64,000 nucleotides of DNA from Sphagnum compactum. Lineage: Eukaryota. Where the stretch lies: NCBI GenBank assembly GCA_965153455.1, contig OZ234493.1, positions 14,374,213 to 14,438,212 of the forward strand. The letters are read 5' to 3'. How positions within the stretch are numbered: position 1 is the first letter of the stretch; the number at the start of each line of letters is the position of its first letter. The position numbers and the translations under genes are program-made. Below are positions 1-14,300 of the stretch, in pieces. The notes beneath the pieces are model-generated. The model was given only the letters and a program-made list of their open reading frames with translations, searched no databases and was not told where the DNA came from.

Positions 1-795
1 TATGCACATAATTGTGTATACACTCTACATATGTATGCATTCTACAGAACCTTACATGTTCTTGGAAGCAAGGATGAGGGATATCAATTTCGTCATCACT
101 CCAGAAGTTTGTAGATGTGTGTGTGTTTGTGTTGCATTTTACATAACATTTTTCCATATGTGTGGACAAGCGATGTGTGCAGTAGTTTTTTATACTGGAC
201 AATTGTAGTCATGTGCGAATTCCAGATTCAATGGTGTTTGTCATTCTTGGTACAATCAAATCAGTTTTTTGGATTCATTTGTTTTCAAATGATGAGACAA
301 AAAGAAACCATTACGGGCCACATGCGCTTCAGATCCTCTTCATTCTTCTTCCCAGTTCCCAGTTGCTCCACATTTCAATTTGAATGTGGTTTGTTTGGTA
401 CAGAAGTTCAGATTCGGTGAAACCCTTTCTTTCCTCTGCTTCCAAAATCCTCTTGTTTCTTCTCTCACAAATTCAGCAAAATCCCAATTTGCTTTTTTGG
501 GTGATTGTTCCAAATTCAGTACTTAGTTGCAAACAGAGAAAGCAAATCTCCCTACATGAAAATTGCATTCTTCCCAACCCACAAATCCAGAACGACAAAA
601 GAATCCCAAAGATGGATCATCAACGCTTTTAAGGAGAACTGCTGCCATGCATTCATTCATTCAGCCTGTTTGCAGATTTTGGTGTTCATCCATGGAGGCA
701 CAAGCGGGGCAGATAGATGATGCATTGAAGGTATGGATGATATTCATCTATTGGAGGCAAGGCTAGAAACTCCTGTGTAATCTGGAAGCTCTGGA

Positions 796-823
796 TTTAG
801 GATTAGGGTTAGGGTTAGGGTTT
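796..823 (+). promoter_or_regulatory. Telo-box-like interstitial telomeric motif upstream of RPL15
   Basis: tttaggattagggttagggttagggttt, containing TAGGGTTT (reverse complement of the telo-box AAACCCTA), about 110 bp upstream of the RPL15 ATG. Telo-boxes are typical of plant ribosomal protein promoters. Confidence 0.6.
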
Positions 824-934
824 GGCGGGATTGAAAACAGCAGCGTCTCAAACGTGTTTGGTCCTTCTGTTGCTGCGCGCAAGCTTTCGCACTTCGGCTG
901 CTAGCTACCGTCTCTTGTGTCTGTCCCTGCCGCG

Positions 935-2214
935 ATGGGTGCGTTTTTTCTTCTTTTCTCCCTTTTTGACAAGCTTCTCTTCAATCAGCTTCTTGTGGAA
1001 GTTCTCTGTTTTTTGTTTGGTTTGACACGTTGAAATCTTTCTGTTGCGTAAGTTCATTGTCTTGGCATGTTTTTTGTGTGTTTTCGTGCTTGGAAGGCCG
1101 TGGGAGGATGGTCATGTGATTGAAGGGTTTTTTGGTTTTTTGTTTTTGTTGGATTTTAGGGGCGTACAAGTATGTGGAGGAGCTATGGAGGAAGAAGCAG
1201 TCAGACGTGCTGCGCTTTCTCCTCCGTGTGAGGTGCTGGGAGTACAGGCAGCTGCCTGGTATTGTGCGTATCACGCGCCCGACTCGACCTGATAAAGCTC
1301 GTCGCCTTGGTTTCAAAGCCAAACAGGTACAAATACACAATCATGCTCTGTCCCTCTGATCTCTCTCTCATCTCAGCTCTGATGTCATGTATCCGCAGTG
1401 TATTACTGCCTGGAGATTGGGTTTTGTCTGAATGTAAGAACTGGTTCTTGGCAGATTTGTAATACCTTGGATCACATGTGCTATTGCCTGCAGATGGAAT
1501 TTGTTTCAGAATGTAATTAACTGGTTCTTAGCAGGCTTTGTAGTTGTCAGATTGATCACAAAGTGCAATTTGTGGGTGTGGTCTTTTGCAGGGCTATGTT
1601 GTGTACCGGATCCGGGTGCGCAGAGGGGGTAGGAAGAGGCCTGTGAGCAAGGGTATTGTCTATGGAAAGCCCAAGAACCAGGGTATTACGCAGCTGAAGT
1701 TCCAGCGCAACCTGCGATCTGTTGCTGAGGAGCGTGCTGGACGCAAGCTTGGAGGTCTTAGGGTTCTGAACTCCTATTGGATCAATCAGGCATCTCCACA
1801 AACTCTTTGAGATTTTTGTTTTGCTGTAATAGACAAACTGCCTTAAGACAAACAGGGGGTGGCTGTTTTTCAGACTTTCTGTGCAGAAGTTCAGCAGAAC
1901 ACAGCATCCCAATTTGATTCTTTTATTGGCAAATTCAAGTGTTGTTTGTGGTCGGTGCATGCATACAGGATTCTACCTACAAGTACTTTGAGGTGATTCT
2001 CATTGATACAGCACACTCTGTGATTCGTAAGGACCCACGAATCAACTGGATTGTCAACCCTGTGCACAAGCACCGTGAACTCCGAGGGTTGACCTCAGCT
2101 GGCAAGAAGCACCGTGGTCTGCGTGGCAAAGGTCATTTGTACACCAAGGCACGGCCCTCTGTGCGTGCAACCTGGAAACGCAACAACTCTCTCTCTCTCA
2201 AGCGCTATCGCTGA
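935..2214 (+). CDS. RPL15: 60S ribosomal protein L15 (eL15); exons 935-938, 1160-1326, 1592-1789, 1969-2214
   Basis: Spliced translation [32 protein letters not shown]...[22 protein letters not shown]...[20 protein letters not shown]...[12 protein letters not shown]...LSLKRYR*. Introns 1 and 2 are GT-AG, intron 3 is GC-AG. Confidence 0.97.
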
Positions 2215-3405
2215 GGTCCTTAGGGCTGTGGCCCAGCAATTTTGTGCTGATTGGGGACAGCATTATCTGTTGCATGGATGGATATAAAGAGCTCTTGCTG
2301 TTTTGGTGTTTCATGTTTCTCCATCAAAACCTTCCACCATCATGCTGTTGCAGAATCAGGTCATGAAATATCCATCGCTTTTTCCTACACAGAGTTACCT
2401 GGCTTCTGGTCTCCTATGCATATACTGCTGTGTTTTATGGTTGGAAGTCAGATGTATGCCATTGTGGACCCAACAAGCTATCTGACTTCTGAAGTTCTTT
2501 GGGCTTTTGCTTTTTGTGGGTGGTTTTAAGTATTGGTTAAAAAGTCATGGCTATGGATCCTCCCTGCATATACCTCCTGCATGTGCCACCTCCCCAGTGG
2601 CAATTTATCTTCAAGGCATAAAATCCAATGCTTGGCCGGTCTTTGAAGATTCCTGCATTTCTAGGGGGTTTGATGAAGAGGTTCTTGAATTGAGGCTATA
2701 GTCCTAGAGTTTCAAAATAGATCTGGAAGAAGGTAACATTCTCACATTGCTAAACAGGGGGGGTTGGATGTTGTGCGGAAGTTGTGATTTTGTACTGTGG
2801 CAGTGGCAGCTAATGCAAAAAGAGAGGCTCTAAATTATACTGTTTTCATAGTTCCAGGATGGTGCTAGAAATGCAAAATTTGCATCTCCCAAAGATGTAT
2901 ATCTGGAACAAAATTGCAATTATTGAAAAGATGAGAGTCCTCATAAATGGAAGAAATGAGTTTGAAATGGTACGGAGTAAGTAAAGATTCATGCCATTTT
3001 CCTCTTGTTATTTTGCTGCCTGAGTGAAAATAAATACAAGCTCTTTGAAAAACCAGAGTTAAAAAAACAGTTGCTGAAAACACTAATCTAATCCAAACTC
3101 CTTAGCTAACAAGAAATTGGGAAATGAACACAATGACACACACACACAAGTGGCCAGCAACAGAAAGTAAAAGTATAGATTAGTGTTGAGCCCAAGCTTT
3201 GTTTATAAATTGAAGCATTAACCACTAAGGTGAATGCCATCATCACATTCAACATTCAGCTGCATGGTATAGCAACATTTTCTTTCCAGAAATTAAATGC
3301 CTTCAAAATGTGCTCACCAGAGCAATTTTATTCTAGAGAAGTACATTGCATTCAGTGTTCATATTGCAAATGCATCAAACTGCCTGAAACAGGCATTATA
3401 ACAGG

Positions 3406-6400
3406 CTATCTTGGTAGGAGAGACAAGGCTGTTGCAACTCCATGAAGAGAACCTGTGATGCACACCACCCATATCCTCTGAGTCTCATCAGATCTCTGTT
3501 CCACATACTTTGCCACCATACTTATTGCTGCTTCCATCTTCTCTGCCTCCAGTACTACAACTGAGCCTTTGCTTCCCACAGGAGTTTGTGTTTCAGCAGT
3601 GTAATCCTGAGCCATGATGGCAGATTTGTCTGCACTCCCAGTCCTACAAGATACATTGTGTGTAGCAAGGTCTTGGTTGTTATGGTCCACAAAGGGCTGT
3701 TGCACAGATTGCAAGATAACTTCCATATTTGCAGACTTTGCTGCTTGACACCAGCTTTGGGCAAGCTCTGCACCTGATGTAGACCGCTCCAAGCTTCCTG
3801 CCACAGAAACCCTTGTCGTAACCACCAAATGTGGCTGTGCCTCTGCACAGAAACAACTATGTGGACTCAGAAACAAGCTGATTTCTGTCAATTGCAGCCA
3901 GTCCTCACAAGATCATGCATGGTCCCAAAACTATGAAGTCCATTCTATCAATCAGCATAGCAACATATAGACATGGATAAAAAAATGGACATGCCCACAA
4001 CTGTCAATGAACCTTTTGAACAACGAAGAAAGATGACCAGAGAAGCAGCACATATTCTAACTCGACATCCTTCAGAATACAATGTGTGTTCTATGCAATG
4101 TTCTGAAGCAATGTACCTTCCAGCAATGAACGTGCAAAGGCAAAGTGGTCCTTATCAGAAGCCATGCCTACTACAAGGGCCAATTTTGCAGTTGGAAAGT
4201 ACTCCATCAATGTGCATGCCAGTGCATTTGCAGATGCTTCAGTGTGTGCTGATGGACAAATGAGCACCCCAAACCAACCCCGAACAGAACAACATCTACC
4301 TCTTTAGTTCTGACTTGGCATTCAGTACAGAAGGCTTGCCATGTTGCCATGTTGCAATCCATAACCACTATCATTGCAAGGAACTCCCCTGCTTGACTCA
4401 GTTCTTAGCCATCATTGGATCATAATCTCTGCATGTAGTTTATGTGGATGTGGCCTGGAGCCAGATGCAACATACCTCCATCAAGGATGACCCTAGCATT
4501 CGAAAAGCCCAATGCCTGGGCTTTATGTTGATCTAGTATCTGGAACCTCCCTGGAATTACAGTTGCCTCCAAGCCTGCCCGGATGGAAGAATCTGGAATA
4601 TTCCATCCTGTGCCACACCCACTAACTACTGGATTATTGAAAGGATGATTTTTACTGTTTTCTCACGGCAACAAAAGTGGTCAGCAGATGCCAGCAAGAG
4701 ATACTTGCAGCTCCTGCGCTAATATGAGGCTCCACAGCTGAAAAATGAAAAACCTAAAATTCAGTCCTGAGACAACCAAACACATTCTCTTGCCCATGAA
4801 CATCCTTCAGGCGAAGCACTCCCTGCTTGTGGACCCAATCAACAAATGCATTGCACCCACCAACCTTGGTGCCTGAGAGAGAGTACAGTTGAAATAGCAG
4901 TCAAAGCATTCTCCTGTTGATGCGCTCCCAATGCTGACAACCTCACATTTTTCATCTCCCACCTCTGTCCAGAAGACATTCACTAACAGATTCTTATGAG
5001 ATTAATGATAACCAGCTGGCCCATGGTACTGTGTGCAATTTTTTGTTCATAGCAGTCTGACTCATTTTGGTTGAATCGTTCTAATCATGAGTGAAGCTTC
5101 CTAGTCCTGCAGGACATCATTCCAGTTCTTGCACTCCCCACAGTGAAAATGTCCCCACATTACATTTATGTTTCAACCAAGTATTGAGAAGTATGAATGC
5201 ACCTCCTAAAGTGCCACATCTAGTGAAAAGATGAATGCAAAAGACCAAGAGAAAGATTGTAGAGTGATACCTTATGCACTCCCACCACTGACTCGATCTC
5301 TGAGGTATCGTCGAGGAAAAAATTGCATATCTGGAAAGGAGCATCAGACCCACTGCAGACTTCCACTATTTCACACTGAGCTGAAGACCCAAAGGCAGCT
5401 CTCACAGGTGCCTCTTTGGATGCAGCAACCTTCAGAATTATGTCTTTCATGGTTGAATCCTTCTGCTGACCCACCACCACCTGCAATGCAAATGGGTGAT
5501 CAAGGCATAGTTGCGGAAAGCACAGTTGGCCAGCAGTTTCAAGCATGTTGTCTTTTTGGGATGTTCTTGCCTATTGGGTTTACAAGAATCAGGGTTTGCC
5601 AAAAATGCATGTCAAATCCACAAAGGTTTCTCATCTGATGCCATCTTATTCCAAAACATTCAATGTAGAATTTTTCTATTCCTTCCATGAGACTTGGGAA
5701 TGAGAGGATGCAAGAAGACAACAAAGGCATACCGGGCGGCCATCCTTTATAATCCCAGATTTAGCAAGGGCAATTGATTCTAATGAACCACCCAGTGCTG
5801 CCAAATGCTCAGCACCAATTCCAACAATAACAGCAGCTGCAAGGCCCTTGGCTGAGATCACATTTGTTGCATCTCGAGCTCCTCCTAGTCCTGTCTGCCA
5901 CTCATACACAGCAACATATCGAAAACTTTGAGAAATTACATGCTCTCATGGATGTACTGTACAACAACACAAGCACTGTCACTCTACACACATGTGGTGA
6001 CAGGCACTAGACTTCACAGGAAACATAGCTTTCTCACACACTTCCAGCCTGCACATACAGCATCAAGAATCATATGAGAGAAAGTCATGATGCTGACTAT
6101 CCCAATAAAAACCTAAAGAGAAGGAGAGATGAAAGAAACCAAGAAGAAAGAGGAACACAAAAAGAGAGACAAAAAGAGAAAAGAGAAAAACATAAACAAG
6201 GAAAGGAAAAAGAAGAGGAGAGAAACAGTGCAGAGAAGTTTTGAAGAGCACAATCTTTTGGGGAAAGGCCAAAGAAATGTACATGTTTTGACAGAGGAAA
6301 AACATGGTTCTTCAAAAGAAACCGTACCTCAACCACTGCCAAGTCCACCTTCTCTCTTGCAAAGTGGGAAAAGGCCAGTGCTGTGAGAACCTGCATTAAC

Positions 6401-7670
6401 CCCACCATGCACAAAAACTTTGTTACAAGAGAGGCCTCTGGCAAGCATCTTCACACGGTGAAGGAGAAACATGGCGTGAGGAGTGCCATTACATGGTCCT
6501 GATGAATTGCAAAGCAAACACTGAAAAACAAACATGGGATCAGTCACCTGGTGACACCTCAAAATGGGTCAGAGTGCCAGGTTCAGCTGCTATAGCCTTA
6601 TCTAAGTTTGCATGTAGATTGGAGAAGAGCTCCACTAGCATCTTATCTGAAATTGGATCTCCTGTTTTTCCTGCTGTTATCCTTTCACGAATACTTGTTA
6701 AATGAGGACTGCCATAATCACAACCACATTTTTGCCTCAGTAAATCATCAACACATGCATCACTTTCCACTATGGGTTGTTGAGAAGCACCTCCATCTCT
6801 GAGTTACAAATAGAAAAAACAGCAAGCAATGTGTGACATAGAATTCCAACTGTAGACTACCAATTGTTTCTTGTAAGTGGATTAGTTATTACATGCTGAA
6901 GGGCATTCACATCAAAAGGGGGATCACACTTTGGACTATTCATGTTCAGGGTTCAGAGAGGAAGGGAGCACACTTTGTCTCTCTAAGCTCGCGTGAGGAT
7001 ACCAACGCATGTATGTGTACCTTGTGTAAGTCCCTACTGACAATCCTGCAGATCGCAAGATGTTACTGATGAAAGCCACAGTTGAACCTTTTCCTTTTGT
7101 CCCAGCCACATGGACAACCTGCAGCAGCAACAACATGAAGAAAACAGAAGCAAAATTTTCATTAATTCAATGGTGGCAACACATCCGTGGTTTGATATCC
7201 TGTCCCCCAAAAGTCTCTTTCAGATTAGAAAAGCAGAAAGTGAGAGAGAGAGAGTTGGGGTGGGGGGGAATGAAGGCACATACTGAATAACATGAAAGTG
7301 GATTCCCCAGGTGCAAGAGAAGCCTGTGCATGCGTTGAAGATCAAAGCCTGCATCTGAGTCAGTACCTGCACCTTGTGGCACACCTTCTCTTTCATAATT
7401 CTTCAGTGAATCCAAAAACTGCAACAGTTGCGCAACCCCAACTCCATCACCACTACTGTCATGGTGGTGCTGAGGAGCTTTCTCCATCATGTCACCTTTC
7501 ACTTTCACATTATGAACCAAAGTCCCCAGTTCTCTTCGTCTGACACGATGAGGCAATAACAATGTAACCACCACAAGGGGATGACTGCTCACAGCAGCAG
7601 TAGCACAAGGACTAAAGCATGATGCCACCGCCCTCACCTCCCCTGCATTTGCAAAAGCAGCTACCATCAC
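3406..7670 (-). CDS. DHFS: Dihydrofolate synthetase / folylpolyglutamate synthase family (FolC, plant DHFS type); exons approx. 7670-7284, 7118-7021, 6708-6558, 6390-6328, 5894-5733, 5480-5271, 4967-4865, 4607-4477, 4248-4117, 3843-3406
   Basis: Motifs [28 protein letters not shown]-loop [16 protein letters not shown]...[41 protein letters not shown] and C-terminal [11 protein letters not shown] boundaries are frame-consistent. The N-terminal extension resembles a transit peptide. Confidence 0.92.
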
Positions 7671-10600
7671 CAGTCCAGGATGATGATGATGATGATGGGT
7701 CTGGGTGGTGGGATTCCAGAGCTCAGAGTTTGTTTCTCAGAGCAAATGCCAGTGAAAGGTACCATCTCTCTCATGATACACAAAACTCTCTCTCTACCTC
7801 AAAGAAGCTTCTTCAGAAAGCAACAATCCCCAAGAACTCTCAGACGAAAAAGAAAGGAAGGACTTACCAGAGAAAGCAAATATGGCTGAAGAGCCTCTTC
7901 TTCTCGCCTCTGTGTGACAAAACCCTAAAGGACTCATAAAAGGCATGCCAGATCTTCTTCTCCACAGCTTGGCATCAGTAACAGCTCCTGCAGACAGAAA
8001 CAGAGGCGGAGGAGTGCTAGCTGAAATCCAACGGCGGACGAGAAGAGAAACCCGGTAGGAAAGGCCCCGCAAGGAAGACATGATGAAAAGACTCTTGCGT
8101 CACTTCTTCTTCCTCTTCTTCTTCTGCTTCTTCACCAGTCCACAAAGCTCCACAAGTATCTCTGCCACCTGCAAAGGACGAAGAACATGTGTTCCCCGGA
8201 AGCTACTAAGAGTTTGCTTGACGGATAACTCTTTGTTTTCTTTCTCTCCATCTTTTTCAGCTCTCAGCGGAGCTCCCCGACACTACTGCTACAAATTCCT
8301 CCGCCAATTCCATGGAGATGGGTATGTTCAGATCTCTCTGCTATCCACCAAGAAGCAAGAGTGACACAAGAGCAGCTAGGCTAGCTAGGGCTTGCTCAGT
8401 CAGATTTCCTCCCGGGTTCGGAGACCTTCGCTAGGGTTTTTCAGTCTCCGCTCATTCGTGTGGGTTGTGCTGCAAATGCCATAAATTGACGTTAGGCGTC
8501 GAAGGCTTCTTCTGTAATTTCTCCCTTCTGTTTCTTCTTCTTCCTCGCTCTGCGATCGCGTGATCTACTGCGACCTGCATCTTCTTCTTCACCTCTTCGA
8601 TCCTTTGTTCTGTGCCGATTTAGTGTTTAGGGTTTGCATCGGCTGATTATTCCTTGTTCGTTCCTGTCTGTTGTTTCTTGTGGGACGGTTGAGGGATTCA
8701 GGGAAATGGGTCCTGGAGTTATGGCTTTTTCGATGGACTCAAATGCCCCTAAACATCGACCGCCGACGACTGGCTCTTGGTGGCAACACTCCCTGATCGA
8801 TCAAAGCATCCATAGCACCATCGGGAAGCAAGCATCGACAACCCATCTGAAAGCACCACCTGAGAGCTTCGACAATGCCATCTGAAAACATCCTTTGAAA
8901 GCAGCATCTATGCCACAGATGTTGTTTCTGCGTAAGATGTCGGCGTCGTCTGAGTTCTCAGGTACAAAAGAAAAGGGCACCGACATGGGTAGAAGAAGAA
9001 GGCATGGATTTCTAACGTCTCCACTTTCCATTCTACGCTTGTGAAACATGTGATACACACACATAGATAGATAGATGCTTGAGGGATAGAGCAGGTCTTT
9101 TGAGGAAATATTGCTCCATATGATAGCGAGGAGTCTCTATCTATGTCAAGTGCGTGAGCATGGAGGATGCATGGAAAATGTTCCACAAAAGAAGATGGTC
9201 ACCGGGATGTATGTGATCACGGAGACTGCATGCTCTGGCAAGGAGCATGTTCAACAGGGTTGAGGAAAAGATTGAAAGAAACCTATTGATTTCAACATCC
9301 GCATTGGCAGAAAGAAAGCAGTGGAGAAAGCCAGCCACCTCTCTGGATGCTGTGATTCTTGGGACATGTGTGGTGGTGGAGCCAGAAAATGCAGAAGAAG
9401 TACAAGAATGGATGGGGGCTAGATCAGAGCAGACTCTTCTTTGGCCACTTTTATGGGGATCCCTAGATGTGTGCAAGGGTTTTTGAAGAATAGTGGATGT
9501 GCTGGTGATGAGATGATCGAATCTGGTTGCAGCGGGCAGTCTCCAAGCCTCCTCCATGCTCCCGCATTTATCATATGTGGTTACTTGGGTTCTTATGGAT
9601 TAGGTTAAGGATTTGTTATGCAGCTTGCAACTCCATGTGAAACTTTTGTGTTCACAGTGAAGAGATGCTGCAAGAAAGGTTTGTATATATGTAACAGTCC
9701 ATTGTTGCTTCTGTTCTGTTGTAGTCATGCAGCTCTTGAGTATGCAGACCTGCATGGCCATGGGCTTAGACTACATACAGTGTTTCTGACTATGGAGGGA
9801 GCACTATTGCCTGCATGATTGATTTGCTTGACTTGCTGCACTTTTTGTGTGCAGGAGATGGACATCTGGTGATGGCAATGTATTGTCAACCAGATGCAGT
9901 TGCAGATGTCCCACACGTCCAGGTTAGCTTCATTGGCAGGCTTTCAACTTGAAAATTGGTGAGGAGTCTGGCCTTGTATGTTTTCAGTTTGTTGGAGCTT
10001 TTTCTTTCTGGTGACAACCATACACAAAACTAAACCATCCAACTAATTTTTGAGGATATGGTGTGCTGTGAACATCTTGTGTCGAATATGTTCATTGTTG
10101 TGCATATTGCCTTCTTTGCCCACCAGAGTTTGAAAGGATAATCAGAGCATTTTGTTTCATCTGCATGTTTTGCAGGTTTGGGAACGCAAATGAGAGAGCT
10201 GTGTTATGCATGAGGGTGAAGGAAAGTCATGTGAGAGGGTGACAAGGGTGTTGAGGGTTTAAGAAGGTACTCATGGGTGGATGCAATGTGCTAAAATGCA
10301 AAGCTTAGAGCATGACAACTTTGAAGAAATGGCATAATAGTGAAAGAGAAAAAATGGTGCAACACAGCCTCAAGCTTCAGGCATATGGAAAAACTCCCCT
10401 GCATTATGCCATTGTGTAAATGGTTGTATATGCCCCGCCCATTCCTTGGTTTTTTCCTTGTTGTGTTTCAAGAGCATACACAATCAATTTTCTTGATTTT
10501 TTTCATGGCTTGTGATTCAAAGGGTGTATGCAGTCAATGTAAGCAAAGAGTTTTTGAAAGTTTACCTTGTTATTCTTCATCTTCATTGTCTAAAAGTAGA

Positions 10601-11336
10601 TGGGTTTGGAAAAATTAAGAGATGTGCTATCAGGATGTAGAGAGTGCTAGGACTCTTGATTACCCCTCCCCCTGCAGGACAGTTGTCTTAAGGTTTGAAT
10701 TTCTCTTTGTATAGTTCAATTGTACAAACAAAGACATGCAAGTCCTTGATATCAAGTGCCTATTTTGTGCCCAATTTTTGCTGATTTGTGATTTTTTTTG
10801 TTTGGAGAAAAGTTGAGAAACATACATCTCGAGTGTGAAATTGTTTTTTTCAGCCAAAAATTGGGTACTTTTTGAAAATTTTGAATTTATAAATCTCTTT
10901 TTTTTTTTCTCCTTTTAAAACACTGTTCCCATGATCCATCCCTACCATAATACAACAATCAATTCCAACATTCTATCATTACTTTGTTGAAAAGGCAGCA
11001 TAACTGTTCATCTACCTCTCTAACTTCAATAACGTCTATAAACATGTCTTTTGCAAAAGGCATGCCTCATGGGTATTGAAACCATGGGCAAAGGAGTATA
11101 TGAGCAACATCCAATAACAACAAAACGCTAAAGAAACGACCACCCAAGTTGGAAAAACAAGTAGTCAATTGACAATGATTTGATCTGTGTAATTATTGAA
11201 AGAACAATGATAGATCATATTGAATCCATGAAGGGAGACATTCAGTTTTTGAATACAATGTGTTCATCATAACACAATATTTTATGTGCAAATAAATATG
11301 AAGACTAAGTGCTAACTATTGAACTAAAGAGTGGGA

Positions 11337-14300
11337 ATGATGGCAATGCTTCATGGGGAATCCGAGCTATCCAAAAAGGTTCTCACCGTGTTGCCATCTG
11401 ATCCATATGAGCAATTAGAAGTGGCAAGACAAATCACAAACTTGGCAGTGGCTAGCAAGATGTCAGAACTTGAATCCGGGACCATGAAGCTACAACAAAC
11501 ATTGGTGGAGAAGGAGCAAATGATTTCAACCTTACAAGAACATGTAGCTAACATTCAAACCACGTTACTTGAAACAAGTGCAAAGTTGACACTTGCACTC
11601 AATGAACAGGTGAGATCATTTTGCATTTCTTAATTTCTCTTACATCCAATGTTTTGTTTTCATTGCTATCTAATTTTTTTGAATAAGCATTTGAATGTCA
11701 TAATTTCTTGTTGTTTAAATATTATACATGCAATGGTTTAAGCCATGTATTCCTTGTAATCTACATGATTCAATATTGAAACCATCAATTATATGTTAAG
11801 ATTGGACCATGATGTTGAACCATGATCTAGATTATGTAAGCTATAATGTATCCAATGAAGTTGCTTTAACATCTAATTTATTGAAAATTTCAGGGAAAGC
11901 TCAATTTGGAAAAGACTGAGATGGCAAGGCAAATGAAGAAACTAACACGAGATGTGGCAAAAGTATGTCGATAGTGTAGTAAAAAAGATGTTTGGAATCG
12001 TTTTAATAATGATATAATGATGTGTGATCAATTTCATGTGCACAATAAGGAATTTAAGAAATGTTCATTTCCAATGGACTTATCTATTTGCAATATGCAC
12101 ATGAAAGTGTTGATATCAACAACACATTTTTTTACTATGTTCAACTATCAATGAAACTCACATAAACTTCAAATTTGGAACAATGATAATTTGGAGCTTA
12201 CAACAAATGACCTAGAATCATTCATTATTCCATTTCACAAACTTTCAATTATTTTTTTGGGTTGATTTTGGTTTCAAACTTACATGACATTTGTGGAAAT
12301 CTTCATAGTTGGATGCATTCAAACGCGTACTTTTGAAAGTCGTTCAAGACAATGATCGGGATGGTACATGTGTTAGTATACCAACTACTTCAATATCTCC
12401 ATTGTTGTTCATAAAACAATGAGTTTGGCTTTCTAGTATTGTTCTAATATCTACTTGTGATGATATTGTTTTTATTTTTTTAATAATGATGTTTTTCAAT
12501 TTAAGCCAAAATCAACTTCCATACTTTAGAAAAATGAAAAACATCAACGAAATTAATGAAATAAGTTTATGTTTGACATGTAATTGAACAAGTGTAAGAA
12601 GGTATTGCGTTTTTTTCACAATGCCATTAAGACTTAATTCCACTACAAGAAACAACCAAAATTTGATCCTATATAGGCTACAACATAAGCTTTAACTAAT
12701 GGCAAAGATCACCTAACAATATTTTTTTGTAAATAATTGGTCCCCAACTCCTAAGGTAGAAAATTGGCTTATAATAAATTATCCATTATTAACTTTTGAT
12801 ATCTAAAAATAAAACAAATTTTTCAATAAAATTTGATTTAAAATAATTGTCGGTGATAACTAGTCTTCAAGAATCAAAGCTACAAATTCGGCATCTTTCC
12901 TATAAAATTGAGGTAGTTTGTTAGTTGTTGAGTTTTTTGAACTTGGATTTGGGTTTAGGGAGAGGATGCCAAATCTCCAAAATCTCCTTGTGGAGAAAAA
13001 ATTCTAAAGTCACCATGTGAACAAAAAACTCCAAAGTCACCATGTGAACAAAATACTCCAAAGTCACCATGTGAACAAAATACTCCAAGATCACCATGTG
13101 AACAAACTCCAAAATTACCATGTGAACAAAAAAATTCTAAACCACCATGTGAAAAGACACGTGAACCAACAACACAACCACCATTTTCATGTGAAAAAAA
13201 ATTGTCCACAAGTTCCCAAGGAAGCCCCAAACATAGCAAAAGAAGTAAGTTTGTTTTAATCTATGTTGCCTTGTGTAGGTCTTTGAAAACTCAAGTTCAT
13301 GTTATTTTTGTCATGGAAAATGATGATCACTTTTTGATGAATCAAATATATTTCTTGTTTTGGTTTGTAGTATTTTCAGCAATATTAAATAATAATAATG
13401 ATGTGATGACAATGTGATAATGTATTTGTAATGTCATATTGTGTATGAACATGAAACATGGATGATTTAGAAAAGTTTGAAAAAGAAAAAGAAACTAAAA
13501 TGTGATTGTAATTGTTGCTTTTCAATAAGAACATTAACTAAAACCAATTGTTGAGTACAATGTGTTGCATGTATAGAGAAAGGCCCCTTTTCATGCACTA
13601 CAGAGCTCCAAACCATAGAGGTTGTTGATGAAGTTAAATCGGTTGATAAACTTGATAGATCCAGTGGACCTGATGAAGGTAACAATCATTTTTTGCTTTA
13701 ATTTTCAAAGTACAAAAATTTGTGCTGGAAATTGCTACAAAGTCTTTGTGTCATGTTTTCAAATGTTTTTCATTAATTAAGTGTATTGCAATCAACATTT
13801 GTGAAATCACCCTTTTTGATAAGGCATTGATTTAGTCGAAATTATAACTTTGAAATTGTTATCGCATGATGGAAGAGGTTGTCAAATGCATTTTTCATAT
13901 TATGTTGTTGTCATTACATAAAATGTTGGTTGATTGATGGTGCCCAATTCATTCCGATGAGTACATGAATTTGCACCCAACATACATGATAAATACATTA
14001 TAAATTGGTACTAAAATTTAATGGCTTGGGAAATGGTGTAAGAACATTCGAATTGGTCCTTTGAGAATCAACAAAGTTGTTTTGATATTAATTAAGCTTT
14101 CAAAACCTTAAGGTTTGAAGAAAAATTCTAATTTTTTTTCTCATATATGACATTGAAAAAATAATTAACATTTAATTTAAAGAACACCAAATAATTATTT
14201 TGTGAAAAATGCTTGTGGCATTGACATATTGACTGCATGGATGGAAAAATCAAGTCACAAGGTGAAAACTAAGATAGTTTTAGGTTGACTAATTTGTTCA

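Noticed and set aside
1-780. Possible 5' exons of a minus-strand gene diverging from RPL15 (donor-like sites near 56 and 314)
   Set aside because: No consistent reading frame or recognisable protein within the window.
12921-13259. Repetitive ORFs inside the At4g15545-like gene
   Set aside because: They come from the 27-bp intronic minisatellite; the gene model is frame-consistent without them.
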